Counted from the first letter of the whole stretch, positions 50,005-60,056 are shown. The stretch is 63,977 nt of DNA, filler included, from an uncultured bacterium (GCA_964609495.1; 3 parts of 3 records of this genome joined end to end with filler, not necessarily neighbours in it), one strand, 5' to 3'. Made by a program: numbers and translations. The notes: generated by a model from the sequence alone, not told the origin.

Positions 50005-50811
50005 TTAAAATAGCTCTAGCTGATCTGAGCCATCCTTCTCATCCACTTTATATAATCTGGGATATTCCTCTGCTGTGATAATCCCACCCAATTTATTTAT
50101 CGTCTTCTTTATGTTTCTGAGGCAATTCGGCATATTATCATCATTTATCTGACTGCTGGAGAAGCGCAAAACTGCCCATCCTTTGCTCGTCAGGTAGTTA
50201 TTCCGAGCATTATCCTTGGGGATAGCATCCTTTCGAGCATGCCACGTATCTCCATTACACTCTACATCGATCTTACCATCTTTGCAGAAGAGAGCGAAAT
50301 CGAGACAGTATCGCTTCTCTCCTCCAACATAATATTGTCGCTCCGCTTCGATCTGCTCCCCCTTAAACTCGCTCCAAAGCCTATCCTCTAGCGGACTCTC
50401 ATCGAATAGATCGTTTATCTCCTCCGCTCTTATGAACTTCTCCCAAGTGGTGGGAATGAAAGTTATCCTTCGCCACTTTCTACTGATAATCGGATGAGGA
50501 AGCTTTTTGAGATCTCCTATCTCTATTTTATAATAATCCTCATCAGCTCTAATGTGATTCCTCTCCTCGGGAAAAAGCTCATAGCGTTTCACAACCTCAT
50601 ATCTCTTTATCTGGGCGTGATAATTCACCGCCCATTTCTCCTCGCCAAAGACCTTAGTCTGATAAAATGCCAAATAATCCGTCTTCACCCTTTTAGGTGC
50701 GCTTTTGAGAGGTATTCTGTACCAATGTTGCTCTTTAGCGATCGCGAAATCCCTCTTATTGTTTACTATTGCGATCAACACAGATTTGCGTTCAGTTTCA
50801 GTATTATCCAT
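50005..50811 (-). CDS. PUA/EVE-like domain fused to DUF559 (Vsr-like) endonuclease
   Basis: N-terminal HWYRIP..YLAFYQ; C-terminal ESPLE..Q..LDFA..VECNG..WH..D..RNNYL..GW.VLRF. Confidence 0.78.
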   Translation of the reverse strand: MDNTETERKSVLIAIVNNKRDFAIAKEQHWYRIPLKSAPKRVKTDYLAFYQTKVFGEEKWAVNYHAQIKRYEVVKRYELFPEERNHIRADEDYYKIEIGDLKKLPHPIISRKWRRITFIPTTWEKFIRAEEINDLFDESPLEDRLWSEFKGEQIEAERQYYVGGEKRYCLDFALFCKDGKIDVECNGDTWHARKDAIPKDNARNNYLTSKGWAVLRFSSSQINDDNMPNCLRNIKKTINKLGGIITAEEYPRLYKVDEKDGSDQLELF

Positions 50812-50829
50812 TTCTTAATTTTCCGATTA

Positions 50830-51010
50830 TTACTCTATCTTGCACCTTTTCACCATCTCTTGAAGCTCTCTCGCTGTGCTCATAAGCTCTTGAGCAGAAG
50901 TGCTTATCTCCTGTATCGAAGCGTTCTGCTCTTGAATAGAAGCAGATATCTGCTCAGTACCAGAGGCATTCTCTTCCGCGCCCTCCCTGATCTTTTCGAT
51001 AGCTTCGTTC
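50830..51010 (-). pseudogene. C-terminal remnant of a methyl-accepting chemotaxis protein
   Basis: AEENASGTEQISASIQEQNASIQEISTSAQEL heptads; nominal start abuts a -10 box. Confidence 0.75.
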
Positions 51011-51081
51011 TTATCTCTGGACTTCTCCTTAAGGGATAATGGATAGGGAGTAAGGTAGTAGTAATGTTCGCTTTCTCCCAA

Positions 51082-51110
51082 ATTATAACCTAGAATAGCC
51101 TCTTTGTCAA
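51082..51110 (-). promoter_or_regulatory. Consensus promoter upstream of MCP remnant and DUF559 gene
   Basis: Minus strand TTGACA-17 nt-TATAAT. Confidence 0.78.
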
Positions 51111-51134
51111 AGTCTTTCTCCGAAATAAATATAA

Positions 51135-51163
51135 AAGCTCTCTCAGATATCTTGAGAGAGCTT
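51135..51163 (-). terminator. Terminator hairpin
   Basis: AAGCTCTCTCA/TGAGAGAGCTT stem with T run on minus strand. Confidence 0.7.
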
Positions 51164-51183
51164 ATTATGTGATTATCAGAGGA

Positions 51184-51666
51184 TTATCTCCTTATGGTGA
51201 TTCTTAATCCTCCTACCCAATTGGCTACCAGATTATAGAGGGAGACCGCTATGGCTGCGGATATCCCCGCGATAACTCCATAAAATATAGCAACTAATAT
51301 GATAAGTATTATGGAGCCCCCAGCACTAGTGAAGAAGAAATCCAACTCCCTGCCCGTTCCTGAAATCACATAGATGATTCCTGCGAATAGGCCGATGATC
51401 AAATAGAGCATAAGGACGACCTTGAAAACCGATCCTACGTTGATATGCTTTATCTCTCGGGTGAGAGAGCCATATACTTGTTGAGAAGGAACAACGGAGG
51501 GATGAGGGGCCCGATCTATCTGAGGGGGGCGGTCCTCATCGGGAGTGGGAGGTCTCAACTGAGAGGAGGAACCTTGCTCAGCCGAGAGGAGACCGCCACA
51601 ATACCTACAGAACTTGCTCTCGCTTCCCACAAGCTTACCACAGTGGGGACAGACGATCTGATTCAT
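51184..51666 (-). CDS. Zinc-ribbon membrane protein (DUF3566-like C-terminus)
   Basis: CPHCG..FCRYCG, Pro-rich linker, two TMs, YNLVA.WVGGL. Confidence 0.75.
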   Translation of the reverse strand: MNQIVCPHCGKLVGSESKFCRYCGGLLSAEQGSSSQLRPPTPDEDRPPQIDRAPHPSVVPSQQVYGSLTREIKHINVGSVFKVVLMLYLIIGLFAGIIYVISGTGRELDFFFTSAGGSIILIILVAIFYGVIAGISAAIAVSLYNLVANWVGGLRITIRR

Positions 51667-51706
51667 AACATTCCCCCTCTCTTTCTCACATAACTAAGGA
51701 TATATT

Positions 51707-52615
51707 TTAATATTCCCACTTAGTCCTAAGCAGTTTCATCTGGGTTAAGGTGAAGATCATAATAATGATAAATAGGATGTAAGCCATAGAGGAGGCATAG
51801 CCCATCTCTATATAGGTTATACCTCGTTCATATATATAGAGAGCTAAGACCCGGCTGGCATGCACCGGTCCTCCATCAGTCATAACAAATATTTGGGTAA
51901 AGATCTGAAATACTCCGATACAGCTCATAATCATCACAAAGAGAAAGGAAGGTCCAAGCAAAGGAAAGGTTATAAACCAGAAAGTCTTCCAGCCGGTAGC
52001 CCCATCGATCTTCCCTGCATCGTAAAAGGTATCAGGGATCCCTTTAAGAGCCGCTAAAAAGATAACCGCATTAAAGCCCATTCCCTTCCAGATGGTCATT
52101 GCGGCGATAGCTGGTAGAACTAACTCTGGATTCTGAAGCCATTTCTGAGGAGAGAGTCCAATCGTCTTCAAAAGGAAGTTAACCAATCCGGATCCCGGAT
52201 GATACAGCCAGCGCCAGATAGCTGCGCAGGCTACCATAGAAGTTATAACCGGCATAAAGTAAGCCGTTGTAAAAATGGTCCTGGAAAGATCCATCATCTT
52301 ATTCAAAGCTAAAGCTATGATTAGGGAGCAAGCTACTCCAGTCGGGACGATATATAATAGTAGGCGAAAGGTATTTAGCAAGGTAAGGCGAAAGAGAGGA
52401 TCGGCTATCATCCTCTTATAATTACCTATCCCAATGAAGGGATTCTCTTCCCTGATAGGGTTATAATCCATGAAGGTCCAGATGAAGGCTGATATTAAAG
52501 GATAGAAGAGAAAGATTATATAGTAAAGAACAATGGGACCCAGACATATGATTATAAAGGAAGTCGTCCGCGCTCTATCTGATAATAAACCCGCCAACCA
52601 ATTTTTTTCCTCCAT
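51707..52615 (-). CDS. Orphan carbohydrate ABC permease
   Basis: FYDAGKIDGA, MTDGGP, MGYAS; GGAGG RBS before ATG 52615. Confidence 0.88.
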   Translation of the reverse strand: MEEKNWLAGLLSDRARTTSFIIICLGPIVLYYIIFLFYPLISAFIWTFMDYNPIREENPFIGIGNYKRMIADPLFRLTLLNTFRLLLYIVPTGVACSLIIALALNKMMDLSRTIFTTAYFMPVITSMVACAAIWRWLYHPGSGLVNFLLKTIGLSPQKWLQNPELVLPAIAAMTIWKGMGFNAVIFLAALKGIPDTFYDAGKIDGATGWKTFWFITFPLLGPSFLFVMIMSCIGVFQIFTQIFVMTDGGPVHASRVLALYIYERGITYIEMGYASSMAYILFIIIMIFTLTQMKLLRTKWEY

Positions 52616-52640
52616 TGTTATACCTCCAAAATTATCGAAA

Positions 52641-52769
52641 TCAATTAATTGAATCTGGGTCAAAACCCAAGCTTGTGATTAATCCTGCCTGAGGATCTAA
52701 GTCAACCATCAAAACTCCCTTTCCAACCTCAGCTAAAGCAGCTCCCAAGCAAGCATAAGTAGTTGTCTT
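52641..52769 (-). pseudogene. ParA/Soj ATPase fragment
   Basis: Manual translation KTTTYACLGAALAEVGKGVLMVDLDPQAGLITSLGFDPDSIN*; no start, KGGVG missing. Confidence 0.8.
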
Positions 52770-52771
52770 AG

Positions 52772-54415
52772 CTATTTTATACCAAATAGTTTACGAACAA
52801 GATCATCTACTTCTTTTTCCAACCCTGCAACTTCATCAAGTTTATTCTTCGACTTGAGATCGTGGAGAGTTTTAGAAAGTTGAGCCAGTTTTTGATGGAG
52901 TTCGTTCGTGGGCTTAAACTTAAGAATGCCGACATGCTTCATCACTGATGGTGTACCGAAGCCGCGACCAGCGGAAGAAAACGATTTGATAAATTCCCGC
53001 ACGGGAGTTGAATTGATAATAGCACAAAGATAGTGAGCCTCAGTCTCGTTGTCGGTGGCAATTAAGGCAGTTGTATGCAAGGGAATAGTAGTTTTATAAC
53101 CAAACGGAGTTTTGGTTTGGGAAATGACACAAGCTATAAGATCATTACTCATCTGCTTCCAGACTACCTTATATCGTCCAAATGTATAATCAGCAACATT
53201 ATATTGACTATAAAATGGATTCTTAGGTTCGGCATGATATTTTTTATACGCGGCTTGAGAAGTAAGGAAATCCTTGAATCTGACTAAGTATCCATAAGTT
53301 CGTGGCCAATTCTCTTTCATTCTTAGCTCGTCGTGTCCAACACGTCTTTTGGGGTCTTGTGTTATCAAAACATAAATCTTCGGTGTGGCATTCCATCGGC
53401 TTATGTCTGCACCTCTAATCGCAGGGAATACCAAATCTGGCTCAATACTTTCATGGATAACTGGAATTTCTCTTTTTCCTCTATCCGAAAGATTTGAAAC
53501 AATCAAATTGCCATCCGATAACACTTGCTCAATATTAACCCAGAAAACCCCATATGGCGATGTGTATGCTCCAGAGCGAGCTTGATAATGATTTCTGCCT
53601 TCAATTCCAAATAAACACTCTTGATCTGCTGTAATAGTTTGCCAAGCACCAACTTTTAATCCAATTGGATGAGCAGATAACTTCTTTTTTTTCAGTATAG
53701 GTATAACATCAACCAAAGTTTTATCTGTTGCAATCTTCCCAACCCTTGGTTTCCTTTGCCAGACAAAGTAAGGAACTGGGTAAGTAGTTTCTTCTCCTTT
53801 TTTGAGAATTATCATTGCGGTCTTATTGGCTGCTCCCTCAAATGGTTGAACAGTAACTAGGTCGTGGGCTTTCAGAACTTTCAAATATTTACCATTATCG
53901 CCAAGATGAAAACGACGAAATCCCTCACCTGCGCCTTTTGATTTAAAAACCTCCTGAGTGATAAGAAATCCCAACCTGGCACCATCTTTTAGGTAGTAAT
54001 CAGAAGCAACATAAGTAAAGAGCATTGAAAAATCTTTTTTACCTCCACCGAGGCGAGCTTTAAATCCTTTCAGAGAAAAAAGTCCATAATCTTTCCATAA
54101 TTGGAGTGTTGCTTCTCGATATTCTTGGGAGAGATAATCCCACCGAACCCATGGAGGATTGCCGACTACAAAATCAAATTTGCCAGCAATCATCGGTGCA
54201 AAGGCGTTTTTGAGAAACCGGGCCCAGATACTGTTTTTATCTTGTTTTTCAAGCTCTAAGATCTCACGGTAAAAGTTTTCAACCACCTGTTCATGAGGGG
54301 GAAAGACTAAGCCCTCCTTCTTGAACCGTTCCATTGCCTCCGAAGCTGAGTAGTCCTGTCTTGTCATCTGCTCCACAAGCGGCGCAGCTCTCTGCATAAG
54401 AAAACCATTGTCCTT
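52772..54415 (-). CDS. N6-adenine DNA methyltransferase/type IIG-like restriction-modification enzyme, 5'-truncated by contig edge
   Basis: FDFVVGNPPW motif IV, C-terminal target-recognition-like region (YLCAIINS); frame open to the gap. Confidence 0.85.
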   Translation of the reverse strand, partial: KDNGFLMQRAAPLVEQMTRQDYSASEAMERFKKEGLVFPPHEQVVENFYREILELEKQDKNSIWARFLKNAFAPMIAGKFDFVVGNPPWVRWDYLSQEYREATLQLWKDYGLFSLKGFKARLGGGKKDFSMLFTYVASDYYLKDGARLGFLITQEVFKSKGAGEGFRRFHLGDNGKYLKVLKAHDLVTVQPFEGAANKTAMIILKKGEETTYPVPYFVWQRKPRVGKIATDKTLVDVIPILKKKKLSAHPIGLKVGAWQTITADQECLFGIEGRNHYQARSGAYTSPYGVFWVNIEQVLSDGNLIVSNLSDRGKREIPVIHESIEPDLVFPAIRGADISRWNATPKIYVLITQDPKRRVGHDELRMKENWPRTYGYLVRFKDFLTSQAAYKKYHAEPKNPFYSQYNVADYTFGRYKVVWKQMSNDLIACVISQTKTPFGYKTTIPLHTTALIATDNETEAHYLCAIINSTPVREFIKSFSSAGRGFGTPSVMKHVGILKFKPTNELHQKLAQLSKTLHDLKSKNKLDEVAGLEKEVDDLVRKLFGIK

Positions 54416-54515
54416 NNNNNNNNNNNNNNNNNNNNNNNNNNNNNNNNNNNNNNNNNNNNTTAATTAATTAANNNNNNNNNNNNNNNNNNNNNNNNNNNNN
54501 NNNNNNNNNNNNNNN
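54416..54515. other. Artificial contig-joining spacer
   Basis: 100 nt of N containing TTAATTAATTAA at 54460-54471. Confidence 0.95.
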
Positions 54516-55759
54516 GAGTGGAAGTAATTCGGATCCCTATCTATAGCTTTCTTATACCAGATGATCGCGTCATCGTAATCCCACCTATCATGATAGACTA
54601 ACCCTATATCGTTGTAGAGAGCCACATAATCGGGATTTATCTCTAAAGCCTTCTGATAATATTCTAAAGCCTTATCTAATTCCCAACGATCGTGATAGAT
54701 CAGCGCCAGATTGCGATAAGCGTGGAAATAGTTGGGATCGAGCAGAGTCGCCCTCTCATACTCAACTATAGCGTTATCATAATCTCCCCAGTAGTGATAT
54801 ACTCGTCCTGTATCGTTATGGACAGAGGCGATATTGGGATCGATCTCGGAAGCTCTCTTGAATTCCTCCAGGGCTTTCTCCATCTCTCCCATATCGTAAT
54901 AAGTGAGTCCTAAGTTACGATGAGCGTGGAAGTAATTAGGTTCAACCTCAATCGCTTTCCCGTAGTATTCAATAGCCTTATCATATTCTCCAAGATTTTC
55001 ATAGATCAGCCCGATGTTATTATAGGCATGGTGATAGTTGGGATTGAACTCAATCGCCTTCTTATAATTGGCTAAAGCCTCATCATACTTGCCCAATCCA
55101 TGGTAGGCTCTCCCCAGCTCATTATAAGCATCTGGATACTGGGGATCCATCTCCAAAGCCATCTGAAGTTGAGGTATAGCGTCTTCATAGTTGCCTCGGT
55201 CATAATAGGAGATCCCTAGCTTATAATAGGCATCCCTCAATCCGCGCTTTATTTTATCGCTGGGCACCGGTCTCAATTCCCAAGCTTTCTCATAGGAATC
55301 GATAGCGTTCTCCAATTCATAACGATCGAGGTAAACATCCCCCATCTTCTCATATACCTCGGCATAATTCGGCTTCAATTCCGCGGCCCGCTTATATTCA
55401 TCCAGAGCTTTGTCCATCTCCCCTTCCTCATAGTAGAGATCTGCCAAATTCTTATGGCCATAGAAGAAGTTCGGGGCTATCTCTAAAGCCACTTTATAGA
55501 GAGTGATAGCTTTATTAGCTCTCCCTTGTCCCTTATAGAGCGCCCCCAAAAGGGCATAAGCATTTAGCTGATTCTCATCTAGCCGTATAGCTTCATTCAA
55601 TTCCTCCTCCGCCTTGTCCATATCACCTGCCAGGTAATATTTCCTACCCTGTTCATAATGCCTCGTAGCCTCCTCCTCCGATGAAGCAGATAGCACTACT
55701 CCCGCAGTAGTGAAGATGAACGCGAGGACTAAACATAAAATCGTTATTCTCTTAAACAT
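54516..55759 (-). CDS. Secreted tetratricopeptide-repeat protein, 3'-truncated by contig edge
   Basis: Signal peptide, about 11 34-aa repeats (AY.N.G..Y...G.YD.A...Y.KA.E..PNY). Confidence 0.9.
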
Positions 55760-55793
55760 CTCTATACCTCCTCCTTTTCTATTTTGGTTTCGA

Positions 55794-56666
55794 TTAAACT
55801 TCATTCCAAATTCTGATTACTTCTTCTCTAGCCTCTAAGCAGGTTTGAATGGCCTGAGGTATATCGTTTCCCAAAAACTCCAAAACTATCGGCCCTTGAT
55901 AATCCAAAGCCTTTAGTTTCCTAAAAACCTCTCTATAGTTTATCAGGTTGTTTCTATGTATCGGTTGGTGTTCAACGTAATCGGTGCTCCACATCTGAAG
56001 GACGCTGTTCATATGCACCTCTACGATCCTATGTTGGAAGTAATCTATCCAGACCTCGGGCATAACCCCTCCCATCGCCGCATGTCCGATATCCAGGTTT
56101 AACCCGAGTCGCTCGCTCCCCACTTGATCTATGATCCTTATCAGATTATCAAAGCTGGTCGTGACCTCATATCCCATAATCAGGTCATACTTCTCCGCGT
56201 ACTCCGCGGCGATTACTCCGAACTCGACATTCTTTCGAACGAACTCATCTGGAGAAACAACGAATCCCCAATCCGCTCTTCCAGTATGGAAAGTTACTAT
56301 CTTGATCCCCAGATCGATTGCTAACTCGATGCACTCGATATATTGTCTTCTCGATTCCGCTCGCCAACCGTGATTTATACTCGCGATATTTATCCCTAGA
56401 TGAGGGGAGTGAATCGTGCAAAAGGAGAAGATCTCCAGCTTCTTTCTAAGTAGCTCCCTCTCTTTCTTCCCGAAGCTACGAGGCCAAAGCCCTACATTCC
56501 TTATCGTATAAGGGGCTCCGATATTTCCCTGATAATCAGCGGGAACTAACTCGAATCCCTTAATACCTGCCTCATAAACCGCATCTATCGCCTGATATAA
56601 AGTCTCTCCGTATCTCGCTGGTAAGAAATGAGTTGACGCCCCAAAACGATCTTCGGTAAGTGGCAT
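55794..56666 (-). CDS. Sugar phosphate isomerase/epimerase family TIM barrel
   Basis: TIHSP, TFHTG, GYE, LDIGH, EVH, VLE. Confidence 0.82.
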   Translation of the reverse strand: MPLTEDRFGASTHFLPARYGETLYQAIDAVYEAGIKGFELVPADYQGNIGAPYTIRNVGLWPRSFGKKERELLRKKLEIFSFCTIHSPHLGINIASINHGWRAESRRQYIECIELAIDLGIKIVTFHTGRADWGFVVSPDEFVRKNVEFGVIAAEYAEKYDLIMGYEVTTSFDNLIRIIDQVGSERLGLNLDIGHAAMGGVMPEVWIDYFQHRIVEVHMNSVLQMWSTDYVEHQPIHRNNLINYREVFRKLKALDYQGPIVLEFLGNDIPQAIQTCLEAREEVIRIWNEV

Positions 56667-56708
56667 TATGCATCTCCTTTCCGTTATGGAAAATAGAATT
56701 CAATCGCC

Positions 56709-57806
56709 CTAATCATAACCATATTCTAGGGCAAGCAGACTATAGCAAGTTACCAACACCTTATTATCCTCCCACCATCTGCTACTTATGGAATTCACCC
56801 AATACCCTTCGGGATGCTGGATGCTTACCAGCTTAGAGGAGAGGTCTTCATACCAGTTATGCGATACATCTTCCGCATCTATTATCACCGGTTCACCATA
56901 AGCCTTAAACGCCTTAGCCATCGTGTGATAATAGTAATAAAGCCCCTGCATACCTAATTCGGGATTCTCCTCTACCGTGTAGTTCTTCTTGATCCACCCT
57001 ACCGCGGCCTGCACTCGGGGATCATCTTGAGCCACATTGGCATAGATAAAACTCCTCATTCCAGCGTAGGTCATACCTCCATAAGAGGTCGTTCCTCCTG
57101 CCTTACTTGCGCCCGGTTGATATACAAACCCTCCGTCGTTCTCAGCCCAAGGCTGATCATTCGACTCCTCGCGATTCTGGCATCTCTCCAGGAAGATAAG
57201 GGCTTTATCCCAAGTATCCGAATTCTCTGGCAGATCGGTAGCCTTCAACGCTTCCAGTGCCCACTGAAGATTAGAAAGATCAGGTCTTCCACTCCCTCCA
57301 TAACCTATTCCTCCGTAGGAGGGATCATCTATGGTATATCCCTCCCCTTCATCAAATTGAGCCTCTACTAGATAGCTCTGACCCTTCTGGATTATATCCT
57401 CAAAACCAGACTTATCAGCCTTAACTAAGGCTATGAGGCAATTAGCAGTGTTGTAGTTAGGCAAGTCTCCCAAGCTGATCGAGCCATCCTCCTTAGCGTG
57501 AGACTTGATATACTCCAGAGCGGCTTTTAGGAAAGGTGTGTTAGCGTTATATTCTCCACTCGGACTTCTTAGGAAAGCTAAAGTAGCCAAAGCAGTGATC
57601 GCTGGATATGATTCCCAAGAGCCATCCTCCTCTTGTTGAGCTTTAAGCCAATTCAAGCCTCGCTGGATCGACTCCTCCACCCCATCAGCAAAAACTATAG
57701 ATTTACCTGTCAATGTCAGGCAAAGAACGACTAAAATTAAAGTGACTATAAACCTCATCCTTATCATCTGACCATCCTCCTTAAAGATAGATTTAGCCCT
57801 ACTCAT
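56709..57806 (-). CDS. Secreted prenyltransferase/squalene-cyclase-like (alpha/alpha) barrel protein (true start probably near 57767)
   Basis: Signal peptide, QW-type repeats (LKAQQEEDGSW, QHPEGYW), DGGF.Y, YYYY. Confidence 0.78.
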   Translation of the reverse strand: MSRAKSIFKEDGQMIRMRFIVTLILVVLCLTLTGKSIVFADGVEESIQRGLNWLKAQQEEDGSWESYPAITALATLAFLRSPSGEYNANTPFLKAALEYIKSHAKEDGSISLGDLPNYNTANCLIALVKADKSGFEDIIQKGQSYLVEAQFDEGEGYTIDDPSYGGIGYGGSGRPDLSNLQWALEALKATDLPENSDTWDKALIFLERCQNREESNDQPWAENDGGFVYQPGASKAGGTTSYGGMTYAGMRSFIYANVAQDDPRVQAAVGWIKKNYTVEENPELGMQGLYYYYHTMAKAFKAYGEPVIIDAEDVSHNWYEDLSSKLVSIQHPEGYWVNSISSRWWEDNKVLVTCYSLLALEYGYD

Positions 57807-58468
57807 TCAACTGCGGGCTTTATAGTTACTAATACCTTCGTTTCCCTCTCTGGAACCATATCAGAGTTGGCGCTGTAATTAACATCATCCGCTCCAGCGG
57901 GCAAGGGATTATCGATGATCGCATTGGGAGCATAATAGGTGCTGATAAGCGCCCCTTCGAGCTCAGCCATAAAGACTCCATTTATAATCTGAGAGCCCAG
58001 AAACACCCAATTGGTATGTTCCATCACCCCTTCCGCGATCAGATCATAGACTAGATCTTCTCCCTTCACTCTCCTAACCTTCTCGCCATCGTTCCATTCC
58101 ACCCAGATCTCCAGCGGATCCCCTGCTGGAACCTCGCCTTCTCCCTCATATTCTATATTCTGTCCATACTCCAATCCCAATAATATCAAAGCTATCTGAA
58201 GGTGAATCGGCTCCGCATCCGTCACTAGGACGGTCTCATGATCTTTATAACCGCGAGTGGCAAGCAGATACTCGATCAATCCCGAAGCAAGATTTACCTC
58301 TCCCTCTATAACTATCTTCCTCTCATTCTTATCAACGATCACCTCGCCCACCCGATACACACCACTAGATATCTGCACTATGGGCTGAACTTCGGTGTCA
58401 TCGCCTTGAGCTAGCGCTATATTTGTAATAGCGAACAATATAATAATAACGATCTTACTACCTTTCAT
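57803..58468 (-). CDS. Secreted YdjY-like protein
   Basis: Signal peptide; IEYLL..KDHET..T..P..LQ.AL..LG, G..L.I.V.W, WVF.GS. Confidence 0.65.
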   Translation of the reverse strand: MKGSKIVIIILFAITNIALAQGDDTEVQPIVQISSGVYRVGEVIVDKNERKIVIEGEVNLASGLIEYLLATRGYKDHETVLVTDAEPIHLQIALILLGLEYGQNIEYEGEGEVPAGDPLEIWVEWNDGEKVRRVKGEDLVYDLIAEGVMEHTNWVFLGSQIINGVFMAELEGALISTYYAPNAIIDNPLPAGADDVNYSANSDMVPERETKVLVTIKPAVE

Positions 58469-59195
58469 TTCTCCTCCTCGCTTTCAAAACTAAGATCGCA
58501 CTAGAGATTAATAGAGCAGATATCGAGATATAGAAGAGAGCGACCTTTATCCAAGAGGGATAATGAAATCTATAGGAGGCAATAGGTGATAGGTTATAAA
58601 TTAGAGGGATACGCATAAAATCTAAATCTATAGCTGAATATACCGCTACAAAAGGGTTTAAAAATAGAACTGTTTGTATTAAAGGATATGGTCTATACAA
58701 GCTCTCGATTAGAGGTCCCGCTAGAATAATCCCTCCTGATAACAGGAAGATTATAAGATAAGTTATGGATAAAGATACATAAAGCTTGTTAAAGAAAGTT
58801 GACCAGAAGAAACCCAGAGTCCCGAAACTTAGGATAAATACCAGAAGGAGCAGGTAACTTGAAGTCAGCTTGATAGGAGGAAGTCCCTTCGAGTTCAAAT
58901 TGATGATAAGAGATATTAAGAATGCCACTACCTGCAAGGAGGTCAGGGAAACTAAAGAAATCACTAAACTAGAGAAGAGAGAGTTATCTCTCTTGACATT
59001 GATCAGATTCGAAGTTAGGAGAGGACTCAGAATTAGAACTATAAGCATCTCTAAAAACAATATATTGATTAGGAGATGTTCCCCTATCCTCTGCCAATTG
59101 CTGAAAGAACGAGTTCTTTTCCAAACGAGCAAAGCTAGAATTAAGAGTAGTAAAAGATGAATTAAATGAGAGAGCTTAATGAATTTCTTATTCAC
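58458..59195 (-). CDS. ABC-2 permease-like membrane protein
   Basis: About six TMs, LNPF.A motif; overlaps downstream gene. Confidence 0.55.
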   Translation of the reverse strand: MNKKFIKLSHLIHLLLLLILALLVWKRTRSFSNWQRIGEHLLINILFLEMLIVLILSPLLTSNLINVKRDNSLFSSLVISLVSLTSLQVVAFLISLIINLNSKGLPPIKLTSSYLLLLVFILSFGTLGFFWSTFFNKLYVSLSITYLIIFLLSGGIILAGPLIESLYRPYPLIQTVLFLNPFVAVYSAIDLDFMRIPLIYNLSPIASYRFHYPSWIKVALFYISISALLISSAILVLKARRRNER

Positions 59196-59266
59196 TTGTT
59201 AACCTCTGCTCTGAGTCGGATTATTACTCTTCAGTGGGATGGCCTTAAACTTCCCTTTCTCCCCAC

Positions 59267-59983
59267 TTATGATTGTAATTCCTTCATTAGCATAGAGACT
59301 CGATTGCAGATAATTCCATCTACCCCTATATTCTTCAGGCGTCTGATGATCCTTCTAGTCCTTCCGTTGGGGGTTCTATCACTGATACCAACTATGACTG
59401 GGAATCCCTTCTTCTGTATATTTCTAACTAAGCGGGGATAAACTTTATCGGGCTGAGTGAGAACGAAGCGATTTTTGGTCTCTTCAAGTCCCCTCTGAAA
59501 TTGTTTCAAAGAGCAACTTGTTTTAAACTCGCTGTCCAATGAGCGAATCCTTGCTTTAGCATCCGAATATCCTATTATCATCACTTCCTTCACAATTTTC
59601 CGCAAGGTCTCCACTATCCTATCCTCAAAGCTCGGATATAACTCCGAATTTCCTTTAGCCTCAAGCACCATTCCCACTTTACCTCTAACTAAATCTATGA
59701 CTTCTTCTAAAGTTGGAATCCTCTCCTCGGAAAATTCCGCATTAAACCAAGAGCCAGCATCCAACTCTTTCAATTCAGTGAGGCTCATCTCTCCTACTAC
59801 TCCGCTTCCATCAGTAGTACGATCAACCTTGTCATCATGGATTACAACCAGATGACCATCAGCACTCTGCCGAACATCAAGCTCTATCATATCCGCAGAT
59901 AGTTCGATAGCCTTCCTAAAAGCGATGAGCGTATTTTCAGGAGCGATAGATGAAGCCCCTCTATGAGCGATCTTTAAGGTCAT
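59267..59983 (-). CDS. Glycerophosphodiester phosphodiesterase family protein
   Basis: IAHRGAS..PENT, IELDV, VIHD, IPTLEE. Confidence 0.9.
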   Translation of the reverse strand: MTLKIAHRGASSIAPENTLIAFRKAIELSADMIELDVRQSADGHLVVIHDDKVDRTTDGSGVVGEMSLTELKELDAGSWFNAEFSEERIPTLEEVIDLVRGKVGMVLEAKGNSELYPSFEDRIVETLRKIVKEVMIIGYSDAKARIRSLDSEFKTSCSLKQFQRGLEETKNRFVLTQPDKVYPRLVRNIQKKGFPVIVGISDRTPNGRTRRIIRRLKNIGVDGIICNRVSMLMKELQS

Positions 59984-60056
59984 AAGGTATTTCCTCGGTG
60001 ATAACTATCTTGGAGGCACTTAAGCTCCAACCCTTCCCTCTTAAGGAGAAGAATAG

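Noticed and set aside
50830-51081. 83-aa ORF as an intact gene
   Set aside because: Start abuts the -10 box with no room for an RBS; N-terminus is translated repeat-like DNA; only the MCP tail is meaningful.
56709-57806. Squalene-hopene cyclase/hopanoid synthesis
   Set aside because: Single barrel, signal peptide, no DxDD motif.
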